Shown here: piece after piece, positions 27,347 to 37,388 of the stretch
Position numbering within the stretch: the first letter of the stretch is position 1
Layout: each line of letters starts with the position of its first letter
Assembly: GCA_963978095.1 (NCBI GenBank)
Contig: CAXBQP010000001.1
Span: 89,095 to 153,094, forward strand
Direction: 5' to 3'
Length of the DNA: 64,000 nucleotides
Origin: an uncultured bacterium
GTDB taxonomy: Bacteria; Gemmatimonadota; Gemmatimonadetes; Gemmatimonadales; Gemmatimonadaceae
Position numbers and translations under genes: made by a program
The notes under the pieces: generated by a model
Told to the model about the DNA's origin: nothing
The model's database searches: none
What the model saw: the letters and a program-made list of their open reading frames with translations, nothing else

Positions 27347-28294
27347 TTGGAAGCTCTCGCCGTCGTTTTCGATCAACCCGAACACCTGTCACTGCGTCGA
27401 CTGCCCCTCACGGCAGCCGCGGAGACGGACGTGGTCGTGCAGGTCGATTACACGAGCATCAGCGCGGGCACGGAGCGCATGTTCTGGCGCGGGCGCATGC
27501 CCCCGTTCCCCGGCTTCGGGTACCCCCTCGTCCCAGGCTACGAGGCGGTCGGTCGCATCATCCAAGCGGGACCGCAGTCGGGACGCCACGAGGGCGAGTT
27601 GGTCTTCGTCCCGGGCTCCAGCGGCTTCGACGGGGTGCGCGGCCTCTTTGGCGCCGCCGCCTCGCGACTCGTCGTCCCGGGACGTCGCGTCATTGCGATC
27701 GAAGATTCGCTCGGGGAGCGCGCCGTTTTGCTCGCGCTCGCCGCGACCGCGTACCACGGCTTGGCGGGCCCTGCCGCCAAACGGCTTCCGGATCTCATCA
27801 TCGGCCACGGCACCTTCGGTCGCCTCGCCGCGCGATTGTGTCGTGCCCTCGATCCGTCCATCAATCCGGTGGTGTGGGAGCGTGATCCGCGTCGTGCCGC
27901 GGGCGCCGACGGCTATCGCGTCATCAGCGCCGAACAGGATGAGCGGCGTGACTACGCCTGCATCTTCGAGGCCAGCGGAGACGCCAGCCTCATGGAACCC
28001 ATGATCGGCCGCCTGCGCCGAAACGGGGAGATCGTCCTCGCCGGCTTCTACTGCGATCCGATCACGTTCGGATTCCTGTCGGCCTTTCACAAAGAGATCG
28101 AGATGCGGATCACGGCCGAGTGGGGAGCGAACGACCTGCAAGCGGTCACCCAACTCCTCAAGGACGGCCGCCTCTCCTTCGAAGGGCTCATCACCCATCA
28201 GCGTGATGCGCAACAGGCCACCGAAGCGTACGGGATGGCCTTTGACGATCCGAACTGCATCAAGATGATCCTCGACTGGAGGCAGTCCGCGTGA
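27347..28294 (+). CDS. bchC: Bacteriochlorophyllide a dehydrogenase BchC
   Basis: TTG start behind AGGAG gives 'MEALAVVFDQPEHLSLRRL', as in BchC homologues. 'GYPLVPGYEAVGRI' MDR fold. Confidence 0.9.
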   Translation: MEALAVVFDQPEHLSLRRLPLTAAAETDVVVQVDYTSISAGTERMFWRGRMPPFPGFGYPLVPGYEAVGRIIQAGPQSGRHEGELVFVPGSSGFDGVRGLFGAAASRLVVPGRRVIAIEDSLGERAVLLALAATAYHGLAGPAAKRLPDLIIGHGTFGRLAARLCRALDPSINPVVWERDPRRAAGADGYRVISAEQDERRDYACIFEASGDASLMEPMIGRLRRNGEIVLAGFYCDPITFGFLSAFHKEIEMRITAEWGANDLQAVTQLLKDGRLSFEGLITHQRDAQQATEAYGMAFDDPNCIKMILDWRQSA

Positions 28295-29307
28295 GCCAGA
28301 AGAACCCCGCTGGACCGGAAGCGCTGGTGCAGCTCCACCGGAACATGCGCGCCGAAGCGGCGAGCGAGCCGCGGGCGGTCCACACCTCGCCGGCAACGAA
28401 AGAAACACAGATCATCGCCATCTACGGAAAAGGCGGGATCGGCAAGAGCTTCACGCTCGCCAATCTCTCGTACATGATGGCGCAGCAGGGGAAGAAGGTC
28501 CTCCTCATCGGCTGCGATCCCAAGAGCGACACGACCTCGTTGCTCTTCGGCGGACGCGCCTGCCCCACGATCATCGAGACCTCGAGCAAGAAGAAACTCG
28601 CGGGTGAAGAAGTCTCGATCGGTGATGTCTGCTTCAAGCGCGACGGCGTGTTCGCCATGGAGCTCGGCGGCCCGGAAGTCGGACGCGGGTGTGGCGGACG
28701 CGGCATCATCCACGGCTTCGAACTGCTCGAGAAGCTGGGCTTCCACGAGTGGGGCTTCGACTACGTACTCCTCGACTTCCTGGGCGACGTCGTCTGCGGC
28801 GGATTCGGCTTGCCGATCGCGCGCGACATGTGCCAGAAGGTCATCGTCGTCGGATCCAACGACCTGCAGTCGCTGTACGTCGCGAACAACGTGTGCTCTG
28901 CGGTCGAATATTTCCGCAAGCTCGGTGGCAACGTCGGCGTGGCCGGCATGGTCATCAACAAGGACGACGGCACCGGCGAGGCGGCCGCCTTCGCCGAGAG
29001 GGTGGGCATCCCGGTGCTCAGCGCGATCCCGGCGCACGAGGACATCCGTCGCAAGAGCGCGAACTACGAGATCATCGGCAAGCCCGGAACGATGTGGGCG
29101 CCGGTGTTCGAGACGTTGGCGCGCAACGTCGCCGACGCCCCTCCGGTGCGCCCCAGACCGCTCGCCCAGGACGATCTGCTCGGACTCTTCGCCGGCGACG
29201 TCGTCGGGCGCCATGTCATTTTGACGCCGGCCACGACCTTCGACATGGTCGGGCGCAATGATGTCGCGAAGCCCACGCTCGAAGTCGTCTACGACGCGGC
29301 GGTCTGA
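28291..29307 (+). CDS. bchX: Chlorophyllide a reductase iron protein subunit X
   Basis: '[40 protein letters not shown]' NifH-like P-loop and Fe-S Cys ligands. GTGA overlap with the bchC stop. Confidence 0.95.
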   Translation: MSQKNPAGPEALVQLHRNMRAEAASEPRAVHTSPATKETQIIAIYGKGGIGKSFTLANLSYMMAQQGKKVLLIGCDPKSDTTSLLFGGRACPTIIETSSKKKLAGEEVSIGDVCFKRDGVFAMELGGPEVGRGCGGRGIIHGFELLEKLGFHEWGFDYVLLDFLGDVVCGGFGLPIARDMCQKVIVVGSNDLQSLYVANNVCSAVEYFRKLGGNVGVAGMVINKDDGTGEAAAFAERVGIPVLSAIPAHEDIRRKSANYEIIGKPGTMWAPVFETLARNVADAPPVRPRPLAQDDLLGLFAGDVVGRHVILTPATTFDMVGRNDVAKPTLEVVYDAAV

Positions 29308-29309
29308 AC

Positions 29310-30842
29310 GTGGCGTCCTCTTCCCTTCCCATTCTCGGTCAGGACCCGACACTCGCGGTCGGGACCGACGGCCGGGGGTGCCACGCCGGCGCCGCCGAGC
29401 TGCACGCGGCGGCGAAGGCCGCGGGGAAGAGTGACACACTGCACCAGTACGCCAAGGACTACCCCAAGGGGCCGCACGATCAGCCCCAATCGATGTGCCC
29501 GGCCTTCGGCTCCTTGCGGGTGGGACTCCGCATGCGGCGCACCGCGACCGTCCTCAGCGGATCGGCCTGCTGCGTGTACGGCCTGACCTTCACCTCGCAT
29601 TTCTACGGGGCGCGACGCACCGTGGGATACGTCCCCTTCAACTCCGAGACTTTGGTCACCGGCAAGTTGTTCGAGGATATCCGCGAGGCGGTGTACAAGC
29701 TCGCCGACCCGGCGGACTACGACGCCATCGTGATCACGAACCTCTGCGTGCCGACCGCCAGCGGCGTACCGCTCCAGTTGCTCCCCAAGGAGATCAACGG
29801 CGTACGCATCATCGGCATCGACGTGCCGGGATTCGGCGTGCCGACGCACGCCGAGGCCAAGGACGTGCTGGCCGGCGCGATGCTCAAGTACGCCAGAACG
29901 GAAGCGGAACTCGGTCCGGTCGCTGCGCCGCGCGGCGGCAAGTCCCAGAAGCCCACGATCACGCTCTTGGGTGAGATGTTCCCCGCGGACCCGGTCGGCA
30001 TCGGCATGATGCTTGAACCGCTCGGGCTCGCGGCCGGCCCGGTCGTCCCGACGCGCGAGTGGCGTGAGCTGTATGCGGCCCTGGACTGCGCGGCGGTCGC
30101 CGCGATTCATCCGTTCTACGCCGCGAGTATTCGTGAGTTCCAGGGCGCGGGACGCCGCGTGGTGGGCTCTGCGCCGGTCGGACACGAAGGCACGGATGCA
30201 TGGTTGCAGTCGATCGGCAACGCCGCCGGGGTTCCCCAACGGCAGGTGGACGCCGCCCGGAATCGGTTCTTGCCCGCCATCAAAGCCGCCCTCACGGCGA
30301 CGCCGATTCGCGGCCGCATCACGATGAGCGGCTACGAAGGCTCGGAGTTGTTGGTCGCGCGCCTCTTGGTGGAAAGTGGCGCCGACGTCCGCTACGTGGG
30401 CACCGCGACTCCACGCGCGGAGTGGAGCGACACGGATCGCGCGTGGCTCGAGGCGAACGGCGTGCATGTCCAGTTCCGGGCGTCGCTCGAGCAGGACCTC
30501 GCGGCGATGCACGAGTTTTCGCCCGACTTGGCGATCGGGACCACGCCGGTGGTGCAGGCCGCCAAAGAGCGCTCCATTCCTGCGCTCTACTTCACCAATC
30601 TCATCTCGGCACGTCCGCTGATGGGCCCGGCAGGCGCTGGCTCGCTGGCCACGGTCATTAACGCCGCGATGGCGAACAAGTCGCGATTCCAGGAGATGAA
30701 GGCGTTCTTCGGCGACGTCGGTGAAGGTGCGAGTGCCGGGATCTGGGAGGATGTGCCGACCCCTCACCCGGAGTTCCGCGAGCACTACAAGCGGCATCTC
30801 AGCAAGGCCGCCAAGAAGCGGAAAGCCGAGGAGATGGTCTGA
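29310..30842 (+). CDS. bchY: Chlorophyllide a reductase subunit Y
   Basis: 510-aa NifD-like protein between bchX and bchZ, with '[38 protein letters not shown]'. Confidence 0.9.
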   Translation: MASSSLPILGQDPTLAVGTDGRGCHAGAAELHAAAKAAGKSDTLHQYAKDYPKGPHDQPQSMCPAFGSLRVGLRMRRTATVLSGSACCVYGLTFTSHFYGARRTVGYVPFNSETLVTGKLFEDIREAVYKLADPADYDAIVITNLCVPTASGVPLQLLPKEINGVRIIGIDVPGFGVPTHAEAKDVLAGAMLKYARTEAELGPVAAPRGGKSQKPTITLLGEMFPADPVGIGMMLEPLGLAAGPVVPTREWRELYAALDCAAVAAIHPFYAASIREFQGAGRRVVGSAPVGHEGTDAWLQSIGNAAGVPQRQVDAARNRFLPAIKAALTATPIRGRITMSGYEGSELLVARLLVESGADVRYVGTATPRAEWSDTDRAWLEANGVHVQFRASLEQDLAAMHEFSPDLAIGTTPVVQAAKERSIPALYFTNLISARPLMGPAGAGSLATVINAAMANKSRFQEMKAFFGDVGEGASAGIWEDVPTPHPEFREHYKRHLSKAAKKRKAEEMV

Positions 30843-30894
30843 TGTCGCATCGCCACGGACGCGCTCTCACCCACCTCATCAGCGGAGGTCCCGG

Positions 30895-32349
30895 ATGCTA
30901 GTCCTGGATCACGACCGCGCGGGTGGGTACTGGGGCGCCGTGTACGTCTTCACGGCCATCAAGGGGCTCCAGGTGGTGATCGACGGCCCCGTGGGCTGCG
31001 AGAACCTCCCGGTGACCTCGGTGTTGCACTACACCGACGGTCTGCCGCCCCATGAGTTGCCGATCGTCGTCACCGGTCTTGGCGAGGAACAGCTCGGCCG
31101 CGAAGGGACCGAAGGATCGATGAAGCGCGCCCACGCGGTACTCGACCCCGAGTTGCCGGCGGTCGTCGTCACCGGATCCATCGCCGAAATGATCGGTGGC
31201 GGCGTGACGCCCGAGGGGACCAACATCCAGCGGTTCCTCCCGCGCACGATCGACGAAGACCAGTGGCAGTGTGCCAATCGGGCGATGTACTGGCTGTGGA
31301 CCGAGTACGGCCTCAAGCGCGGCCAGGCGCCGGAGCGCGAGGCCAAGAAGCCGGGCGACAAGCCGCGGGTGAACATCATCGGCCCCGCGTACGGAACCTT
31401 CAACGTGCCCAGTGACCTGGCCGAGATCCGCCGCTTGGTCGAGGGGATCGGCGCCGAGGTCAATCTGGTCTTCCCGCTCACCAGTCACTTGGCCGACGTG
31501 CCGAAGCTGGTGAACGCCGACGTGAACATCTGCATGTACCGCGAGTTCGGTCGCATGCTGTGTGAAGCGCTCGACCGTCCGTACCTGCAGGCGCCGATCG
31601 GCCTCCACAGCACGACCAAGTTCCTGCGCGCACTCGGCGAGTTGCTCGGTCTCGATCCGGAGCCGTTCATCGAGAAGGAGAAGCACACCACCATCAAACC
31701 GGTGTGGGACCTGTGGCGCTCGGTGACGCAGGACTTCTTCGGTACCGCCACGTTCGCCATCGTCGCGAACGAGACCTATGCCCGTGGCGTGCGGAACTTT
31801 CTCGAGGTGGAACTCGGACTCCCCTGCACCTTCAGCGTGTCACGAAAGCCCGGGCAGAAGACCGACAACGACGCGGTACGCACGCTCGTGAAGGAGAAGC
31901 CGCCGCTGATCCTGTTCGGGTCGTACAATGAACGGATGTACCTGGCGGAAGCCGGCGGTCGCGGGATGTACATCCCGGCGTCGTTCCCTGGCGCGATCAT
32001 CCGGCGCCATACCGGCACGCCGTTCATGGGCTACTCCGGCGCCACGTATCTGGTGCAGGAAGTGTGCAATGCGCTGTTCGACGCGCTCTTCCACATCCTG
32101 CCGCTCGGCACCGAACTCGACAAGGTGGATGCGACGCCGTCGCGCCTGCACCGCGAGATGCCCTGGGCGGATGATGCGAAAGTGACGCTGGACGAGATGG
32201 TGGACGGGCAGCCGGTACTCATTCGCATTTCCGTCGCGAAGCGCCTGCGCGACGCGGCGGAGAGTGACGCGCGGGAACTCGGCGACACCGTCGTGACCCG
32301 CGATCATGTCCTGGCCTCACGGCGTGCGCTGGTGGGAACCAATGGCTGA
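30895..32349 (+). CDS. bchZ: Chlorophyllide a reductase subunit Z
   Basis: ATG 30895 behind GGAGG gives '[39 protein letters not shown]'. NifK-like. Confidence 0.9.
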   Translation: MLVLDHDRAGGYWGAVYVFTAIKGLQVVIDGPVGCENLPVTSVLHYTDGLPPHELPIVVTGLGEEQLGREGTEGSMKRAHAVLDPELPAVVVTGSIAEMIGGGVTPEGTNIQRFLPRTIDEDQWQCANRAMYWLWTEYGLKRGQAPEREAKKPGDKPRVNIIGPAYGTFNVPSDLAEIRRLVEGIGAEVNLVFPLTSHLADVPKLVNADVNICMYREFGRMLCEALDRPYLQAPIGLHSTTKFLRALGELLGLDPEPFIEKEKHTTIKPVWDLWRSVTQDFFGTATFAIVANETYARGVRNFLEVELGLPCTFSVSRKPGQKTDNDAVRTLVKEKPPLILFGSYNERMYLAEAGGRGMYIPASFPGAIIRRHTGTPFMGYSGATYLVQEVCNALFDALFHILPLGTELDKVDATPSRLHREMPWADDAKVTLDEMVDGQPVLIRISVAKRLRDAAESDARELGDTVVTRDHVLASRRALVGTNG

Positions 32350-33222
32350 GCGTCCGCTCCGCGTCAACGCCTCCCGGACCGCCGTGACGGCGACCATCGG
32401 CAACTCCTCGTGCAGGAGATGCCCCGCGTCCGGCACGACCGTCAGCGCCGCGCTGGGGATCCGTGACACCGCGGTGCGAATCGCCGCCAGCGGGATATAT
32501 CCGTCCTGCGATCCGTGGAGCAGCGTGAGCGGAACGGCGAGCGTCGGCACGTCACGCAACAACGCCGGCAACTCGAAGTTCGCCATCATGACGAGTGCCG
32601 CGCGCACATGGGGCTCGGAGCGCATGAATCGCTCGTACCAGGAGAGCGCGATGGCATCCACCCGTGAACCCGTCGCTGTCAGCAGGATGCGTGCGATGCC
32701 GGGGACTCGCGCCAGCGACGTTGCCGTCCGGGCCGCCAGCGGCGACGTGATGAGCGGATTCACGATCGGTGCGGCGATCGTCAGGTACGATGCGTGCGGA
32801 GGCACGAGCGACGCACCGAAACCAACGAGCTCGCGCGCGCCGGGCAGCATCCCGTCGAGGGCCATGCGCAGCATGACCGCCGCACCAGCCGAATGGCCCG
32901 CGACAACCACTGGCTCGAGCTGCAGGGTATCGAGCAGCGCGCGCACGGCATGGACCATCCCCGGTAATGACAGCGCGTCCTCGCTCGCCACGGTGAAGCC
33001 GTGTCCCGGAAGATCCGGCGCCACCACCGTGGCCGACGGCGCGAGCGCCGGCAGCACCTGCCGCCAGGTATGGGTCGCGGCCGCGGTCCCGTGCAAGAGC
33101 AGGACGACAGGTCCCGTGCCCGTGATCTGGACGTGGAAATCGATGCCCGCCGCCCGGACGATGCGACTCGCGTCGACGTTCGGCAGGTCGGTGGGAATGG
33201 AAGCAGGGCGCGCGGTCGGCAT
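32317..33222 (-). CDS. bchO: alpha/beta hydrolase, BchO-like (Mg-chelatase accessory protein family)
   Basis: ATG 33222. '[46 protein letters not shown]' and 'GHSAGAA' match my recollection of BchO. It is convergent with bchZ and overlaps it by 33 bp. Confidence 0.6.
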   Translation of the reverse strand: MPTARPASIPTDLPNVDASRIVRAAGIDFHVQITGTGPVVLLLHGTAAATHTWRQVLPALAPSATVVAPDLPGHGFTVASEDALSLPGMVHAVRALLDTLQLEPVVVAGHSAGAAVMLRMALDGMLPGARELVGFGASLVPPHASYLTIAAPIVNPLITSPLAARTATSLARVPGIARILLTATGSRVDAIALSWYERFMRSEPHVRAALVMMANFELPALLRDVPTLAVPLTLLHGSQDGYIPLAAIRTAVSRIPSAALTVVPDAGHLLHEELPMVAVTAVREALTRSGRSAIGSHQRTP

Positions 33223-33372
33223 TGGAGGTCGCGTGTCGGGCGGGATGAGGAATAGTACACCGTCGTCGCGTTTCCGGGTGCAAGCGACGACGAACCATCG
33301 GCACCCCGGGAGTGTTGCACTCCCCCCTGTCCGCGAGGGCGCGTTCGCGGAATCACTTTGCTCGGAGGAGCT

Positions 33373-33507
33373 ATGTCGCAGAACAACGGTATGACGGAAG
33401 AGGACGCAAAAGCGTTCCACGGCTACTTCATCATGATGATGAGCGTGTTCGTGGGTACGGCGATTGCGGCGCATCTGCTGATGTGGAGCTGGCGGCCCTG
33501 GTTCTGA
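33373..33507 (+). CDS. pufB: Light-harvesting 1 beta polypeptide
   Basis: Absent from the ORF track because it is under 60 aa. My translation is MSQNNGMTEEDAKAFHGYFIMMMSVFVGTAIAAHLLMWSWRPWF. It has the conserved 'AxxFH' and 'A(A)H..xWxWRPW' BChl-His motifs. GGAGGAG lies 3 nt upstream. Confidence 0.9.
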   Translation: MSQNNGMTEEDAKAFHGYFIMMMSVFVGTAIAAHLLMWSWRPWF

Positions 33508-33546
33508 TCGCCACTTCATCAATCACCTGAGACCTGAGGTTTCATT

Positions 33547-33711
33547 ATGCATCGAATTTGGGTTGGACTCGACCCGCGCGTGGTCCTGTCCTGCGTCGGA
33601 TCATTCCTGACGATCACGGTTCTCGTGATGCACCTGTTTGCATTCAAGGCGCTGAACTGGCCGGGATCGATTTCGCAGAAGTATCCGGCTTACCACGCGC
33701 AGGCCAAGTAA
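33547..33711 (+). CDS. pufA: Light-harvesting alpha polypeptide, copy 1
   Basis: Absent from the ORF track. My translation is MHRIWVGLDPRVVLSCVGSFLTITVLVMHLFAFKALNWPGSISQKYPAYHAQAK. It has the 'MHRIW..DPR' N-terminus and His29 in the TM helix. GAGG lies upstream. Confidence 0.85.
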   Translation: MHRIWVGLDPRVVLSCVGSFLTITVLVMHLFAFKALNWPGSISQKYPAYHAQAK

Positions 33712-33812
33712 GCCGACCGTGACGCGATGGAACTTGGAGAGAGTCTCGGGGGGTCCGAGACGGGCCACCCGGCCTCTCCGGTTCCTCCGCCAAACAATCA
33801 GAGGAGACAAGC

Positions 33813-34028
33813 ATGCATCGCATTTGGCTGGCCTTTGACCCGCGCAGGGTTCTGATCGCGCTGTTCGGGTTCCTCGGAGTGCTGGCGTTCCTGATCCACT
33901 TCATCCTGCTCAGCTCGAGCCGGTACTCGTGGATCGAGAATGGGACTCTCACGCCGGAGCAGCTCAAGCCGGCGGCGAGCGCTCCAGCAGCGACGGCCGA
34001 AATGGCCCCGTTGCCGCCCGGGCGGTAA
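33813..34028 (+). CDS. pufA: Light-harvesting alpha polypeptide, copy 2, with Ala/Pro-rich C-terminal tail
   Basis: The 71-aa protein '[44 protein letters not shown]..' has His29. Its tail is '[19 protein letters not shown]'. AGAGGAG lies upstream. Confidence 0.85.
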   Translation: MHRIWLAFDPRRVLIALFGFLGVLAFLIHFILLSSSRYSWIENGTLTPEQLKPAASAPAATAEMAPLPPGR

Positions 34029-34044
34029 GTGGTCGTATGTGACT

Positions 34045-34094
34045 GACGGAGGGACGGCGTACGTGGTGGTGCCGCCGTTCGCCTTCCCTCCGTC
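34045..34094 (+). other. Intercistronic stem-loop between pufA copy 2 and pufL
   Basis: GACGGAGGGA (34045-54) pairs with TCCCTCCGTC (34085-94). An inner ACGGCG / CGCCGT pairing follows. Read directly from the sequence. Confidence 0.55.
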
Positions 34095-34154
34095 GGTCCC
34101 GCTCTACCTCCACCGCGCAGTGCAGGCGGGGATCCGACTTTCGGAGACTGACTC

Positions 34155-34979
34155 ATGGCAATGCTAAGTTTCGAGAAGAAGTACCGGGTACGCGGGGGCA
34201 CGCTGATCGGAGGCGACCTGTTCGATTTCTGGTTCGGGCCGTTCTACGTCGGCTTCTTCGGCGTCACTGCCGTCTTCTTCATCACACTTGGGACCCTACT
34301 CTGCGTCTATGCCGCCGCAATCGGCCCGACGTGGAACATCTGGCAGATCAACATCGCACCGCCCGACCTGAAATACGGTCTGGGGTTCGCGCCGCTCAAG
34401 GAGGGTGGGCTCTGGCAGCTCATCACCCTCTGCGCGACTGGCGCGTTCGTCAGCTGGGCGCTGCGGCAGGCGGAGATCGCGCGCAAGCTGGGCATGGGCA
34501 TGCACATCCCGTGGGCCTACGGCGTCGCGGTATTCGCCTACGTCACACTTGTCATCATTCGTCCGGTTCTCCTGGGCGCGTGGGGACACGGGTTCCCGTA
34601 CGGCATCTTCAGTCATCTCGACTGGGTGTCGAATGTCGGGTATCAGTATCTCCATTTCCATTACAACCCGGCTCACATGCTGGGCGTGACTTTCTTCTTC
34701 ACCACGTGCCTCGCGCTCGCGATGCACGGGTCACTCATCCTGTCGGTGACCAACCCGCCGAAGGGTGAACCGGTGAAGACCAGTGAGCACGAAAACGTGT
34801 TCTTCCGCGACTTGGTCGGATACTCGATCGGCGCGATCGGCATCCACCGCCTCGGTCTCTTCCTGGCGCTGTCTGCCGGCATCTGGAGCGCGATCTGCAT
34901 CGTGATCTCCGGGCCGCTGTGGACCAAGGGATGGCCGGAATGGTGGTCCTGGTGGCTCAACCTTCCCATCTGGCGCTAA
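34155..34979 (+). CDS. pufL: Photosynthetic reaction centre L subunit
   Basis: '[36 protein letters not shown]' and a 274-aa five-TM pattern. Confidence 0.95.
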   Translation: MAMLSFEKKYRVRGGTLIGGDLFDFWFGPFYVGFFGVTAVFFITLGTLLCVYAAAIGPTWNIWQINIAPPDLKYGLGFAPLKEGGLWQLITLCATGAFVSWALRQAEIARKLGMGMHIPWAYGVAVFAYVTLVIIRPVLLGAWGHGFPYGIFSHLDWVSNVGYQYLHFHYNPAHMLGVTFFFTTCLALAMHGSLILSVTNPPKGEPVKTSEHENVFFRDLVGYSIGAIGIHRLGLFLALSAGIWSAICIVISGPLWTKGWPEWWSWWLNLPIWR

Positions 34980-34991
34980 GGGGACTGACCC

Positions 34992-36233
34992 ATGCTTGAA
35001 TACCAGAACCTCTTTACCCGCGTCCAGGTTCGGACGGCGCCCGACCCGGGCTTGCCCATCGACGAAGGCCTTGGCATGCGCCTCGGCAAGGGCGGTTACG
35101 GCGTGCTCGGCTATTGGCTCGGCAAGCTCGGCGACGCCCAGCTTGGCCCGATCTATCTCGGCCTCGAAGGAGCCGCCTCGCTGTTCTTCGGCTTTCTTGC
35201 CATCGAGATCATCGGACTGAACATGTGGCGCTCCGTGGGGTGGAGCCCCGTCCAGTTCGTCCGCCAGCTGCCCTGGCTCGCCCTCGAGCCGCCATCGCCG
35301 GAGTACGGCCTGCATATTCCACCGCTCGACAAAGGCGGGTGGTATCTCATTGCCGGCTTCTTCCTGACCGCGGCCATCTTCTTGTGGTGGATGCGCACCT
35401 ACAAGCGCGCCAAGGCCCTGAAGATGGGGATGCATCTCTGCTGGGCGTTCGGTTCGGCCATCTTCCTGTACATGGCCTTCTTCCTGCAGCCTGTCCTCGT
35501 CGGGTCGTACAGCGAGATGGTCCCATTCGGGCTCTTCCCCCATCTGGACTGGACGTCGGCCTTCTCGATCCGCTACGGGAACCTGTATTACAATCCGTTT
35601 CACGCGCTGTCGATCGTCTTCCTGTATGGATCGGCGCTGCTGTGGGCGATGCACGGCGCCACCATTCTGGCGGTCAGTCGCTACGGCGGTGAACGCGAGA
35701 TCGAGCAGATCACGGATCGTGGTACAGCCGCGGAGCGCTCACAGCTGTTCTGGCGCTGGTGCATGGGGTGGAACGCCACCATGGAATCGATTCACCGTTG
35801 GGCGTGGTGGTTCGCCGTGCTGACCACCTTCACGGGAGGGATTGGCATCCTGCTGACGGGAACGGTCGTTGACAACTGGTATCTCTGGGCCGTCAAGCAT
35901 CATGTCGCACCCGAGTATCCCAAGCAGAACACGCTCAGTGCACAGGAACTCGAACGCCTCCGCGGACGGTACGCCGGACGCATGAAGGGCGGGTATCCCA
36001 GCTACACTGTTCCGCAGACGGCGACCCCGATGGATGCACCGGCCGCACCAGGCACGCCGTCCGTCGTCGGCGCGCCGACCGCATCGCCGAACGCATCGCC
36101 GAGCATCGCGACACCAGCGGCAGCACCAGCCGCTGCGGCTCCTGCCGCGCAGTTGCCGGCATCGAAGCCTGCCGGCGGCGCTCCTGCTCCGAACCCCGCA
36201 GCGCCGGCGACACCGGCCGGGAGGAAGCCGTGA
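34992..36233 (+). CDS. pufM: Photosynthetic reaction centre M subunit with ~100-aa C-terminal extension
   Basis: The canonical core runs to '..[17 protein letters not shown]' (about aa 310). The same ORF then continues through an Ala/Pro-rich tail to aa 413. Its stop overlaps the pufC start. Confidence 0.9.
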   Translation: MLEYQNLFTRVQVRTAPDPGLPIDEGLGMRLGKGGYGVLGYWLGKLGDAQLGPIYLGLEGAASLFFGFLAIEIIGLNMWRSVGWSPVQFVRQLPWLALEPPSPEYGLHIPPLDKGGWYLIAGFFLTAAIFLWWMRTYKRAKALKMGMHLCWAFGSAIFLYMAFFLQPVLVGSYSEMVPFGLFPHLDWTSAFSIRYGNLYYNPFHALSIVFLYGSALLWAMHGATILAVSRYGGEREIEQITDRGTAAERSQLFWRWCMGWNATMESIHRWAWWFAVLTTFTGGIGILLTGTVVDNWYLWAVKHHVAPEYPKQNTLSAQELERLRGRYAGRMKGGYPSYTVPQTATPMDAPAAPGTPSVVGAPTASPNASPSIATPAAAPAAAAPAAQLPASKPAGGAPAPNPAAPATPAGRKP

Positions 36234-37354
36234 TGAAGCGCTCGTTCCTGATGCCACTGCGCAACAGTGCGCTGCTGGTGGCCACCCTCGCACTCGGCGC
36301 GTGTCGGTTCATCGACAACCGTGAGACTTCCCAACGCGGATATCGCGGGACGGGCATGCAGGTGGTGTATCCCTACAAGGCGACGGCGCACGCGTTCCAG
36401 GCAACGCGGTTGCCCAGCGTGCCGCCACCAGCCGGCGAGTCCCCGCCGGGTCCGCTGCCGTGGAAGAACGTCCAGGTGCTCAACGACGTGAGCGTCGCGG
36501 AGTTCAACCGGACGATGATCTCCATGGCGGAATGGGTCGCCGGGCCTGGCAACTGCCAGTACTGCCACAACGTGGCCAACTTCGCCTCGGATACCGCGAA
36601 CAACGGCAAACCGCTCTACACCAAGCTGGTGGCGCGTCGCATGTTGCAGATGACCCGCAACATCAACGGCAACTGGCAGGCCCACGTCGCGAACACCGGA
36701 GTCACCTGCTACACCTGTCACCGTGGGAAGCCGCTGCCGAACGGCCTGTGGTTCTACAGCAGCGAAACCCAGTACCTGCGGCATTATCTCGATTCCACGG
36801 GCGCACGCGTGGTCTCGCACCAGATCTCGCCGAGCAACGCCAACCGGTCGAGCGTCAAGCAAACCGAGTGGACGTACGCCCTGATGATCTCGCAGGCTCG
36901 CTCGCTTGGGGTGAACTGCACGTACTGCCACAACACGCGTCAGTTCGCCAGCTGGGAACAAGCCCCGCCGCAGCGCGTCAAGGCGTATGACGGCATTCAG
37001 ATGTTGCGCGATGTCAATCGCAACTACTTGGCACCGTTGCAGCCGGTGTTTCCCGCGGTGCGGCTCGGTGCCAAGGGTGATGCCCCCAAGGCCCAGTGCT
37101 TGACCTGTCACAACGGGGTCTACAAGCCCCTGTACGGGGCTCAGATGGTCAAGAACTACCCCGCGCTATGGGGACGTGACGCGTGGGCCGGGGTACCGTT
37201 CCCGGGCATCCACGGCCCGGCCAAACCGGACAGCGGCAAGAAGGTGGCCTCCGGGCAAACGACGGTCACGGGCCCCGTCACCGTCCCCACTCCGATGGCG
37301 AAGGCGACGGCACCGGTCGCAAAGCCGACCCGGAGTGTACAGGAGCACCAGTAA
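36233..37354 (+). CDS. pufC: Reaction-centre tetraheme cytochrome c subunit (lipoprotein-type N-terminus)
   Basis: Four CxxCH motifs (CQYCH, CYTCH, CTYCH, CLTCH). Lipobox-like 'LALGAC'. GTG 36230 and ATG 36233 are in the same frame. Confidence 0.9.
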   Translation: MKRSFLMPLRNSALLVATLALGACRFIDNRETSQRGYRGTGMQVVYPYKATAHAFQATRLPSVPPPAGESPPGPLPWKNVQVLNDVSVAEFNRTMISMAEWVAGPGNCQYCHNVANFASDTANNGKPLYTKLVARRMLQMTRNINGNWQAHVANTGVTCYTCHRGKPLPNGLWFYSSETQYLRHYLDSTGARVVSHQISPSNANRSSVKQTEWTYALMISQARSLGVNCTYCHNTRQFASWEQAPPQRVKAYDGIQMLRDVNRNYLAPLQPVFPAVRLGAKGDAPKAQCLTCHNGVYKPLYGAQMVKNYPALWGRDAWAGVPFPGIHGPAKPDSGKKVASGQTTVTGPVTVPTPMAKATAPVAKPTRSVQEHQ

Positions 37355-37388
37355 CAACTGATTCACGCGACACCTGCCTTGAGTCGGC

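Noticed and set aside
33940-34167. 75-aa ORF ([19 protein letters not shown]..) spanning the pufA2-pufL spacer, considered as a PufX or extra-RC-subunit candidate.
   Set aside because: It overlaps the pufA2 coding region out of frame and runs through the intercistronic hairpin. Its Arg/Ser-rich composition lacks a TM helix, and it has no SD.
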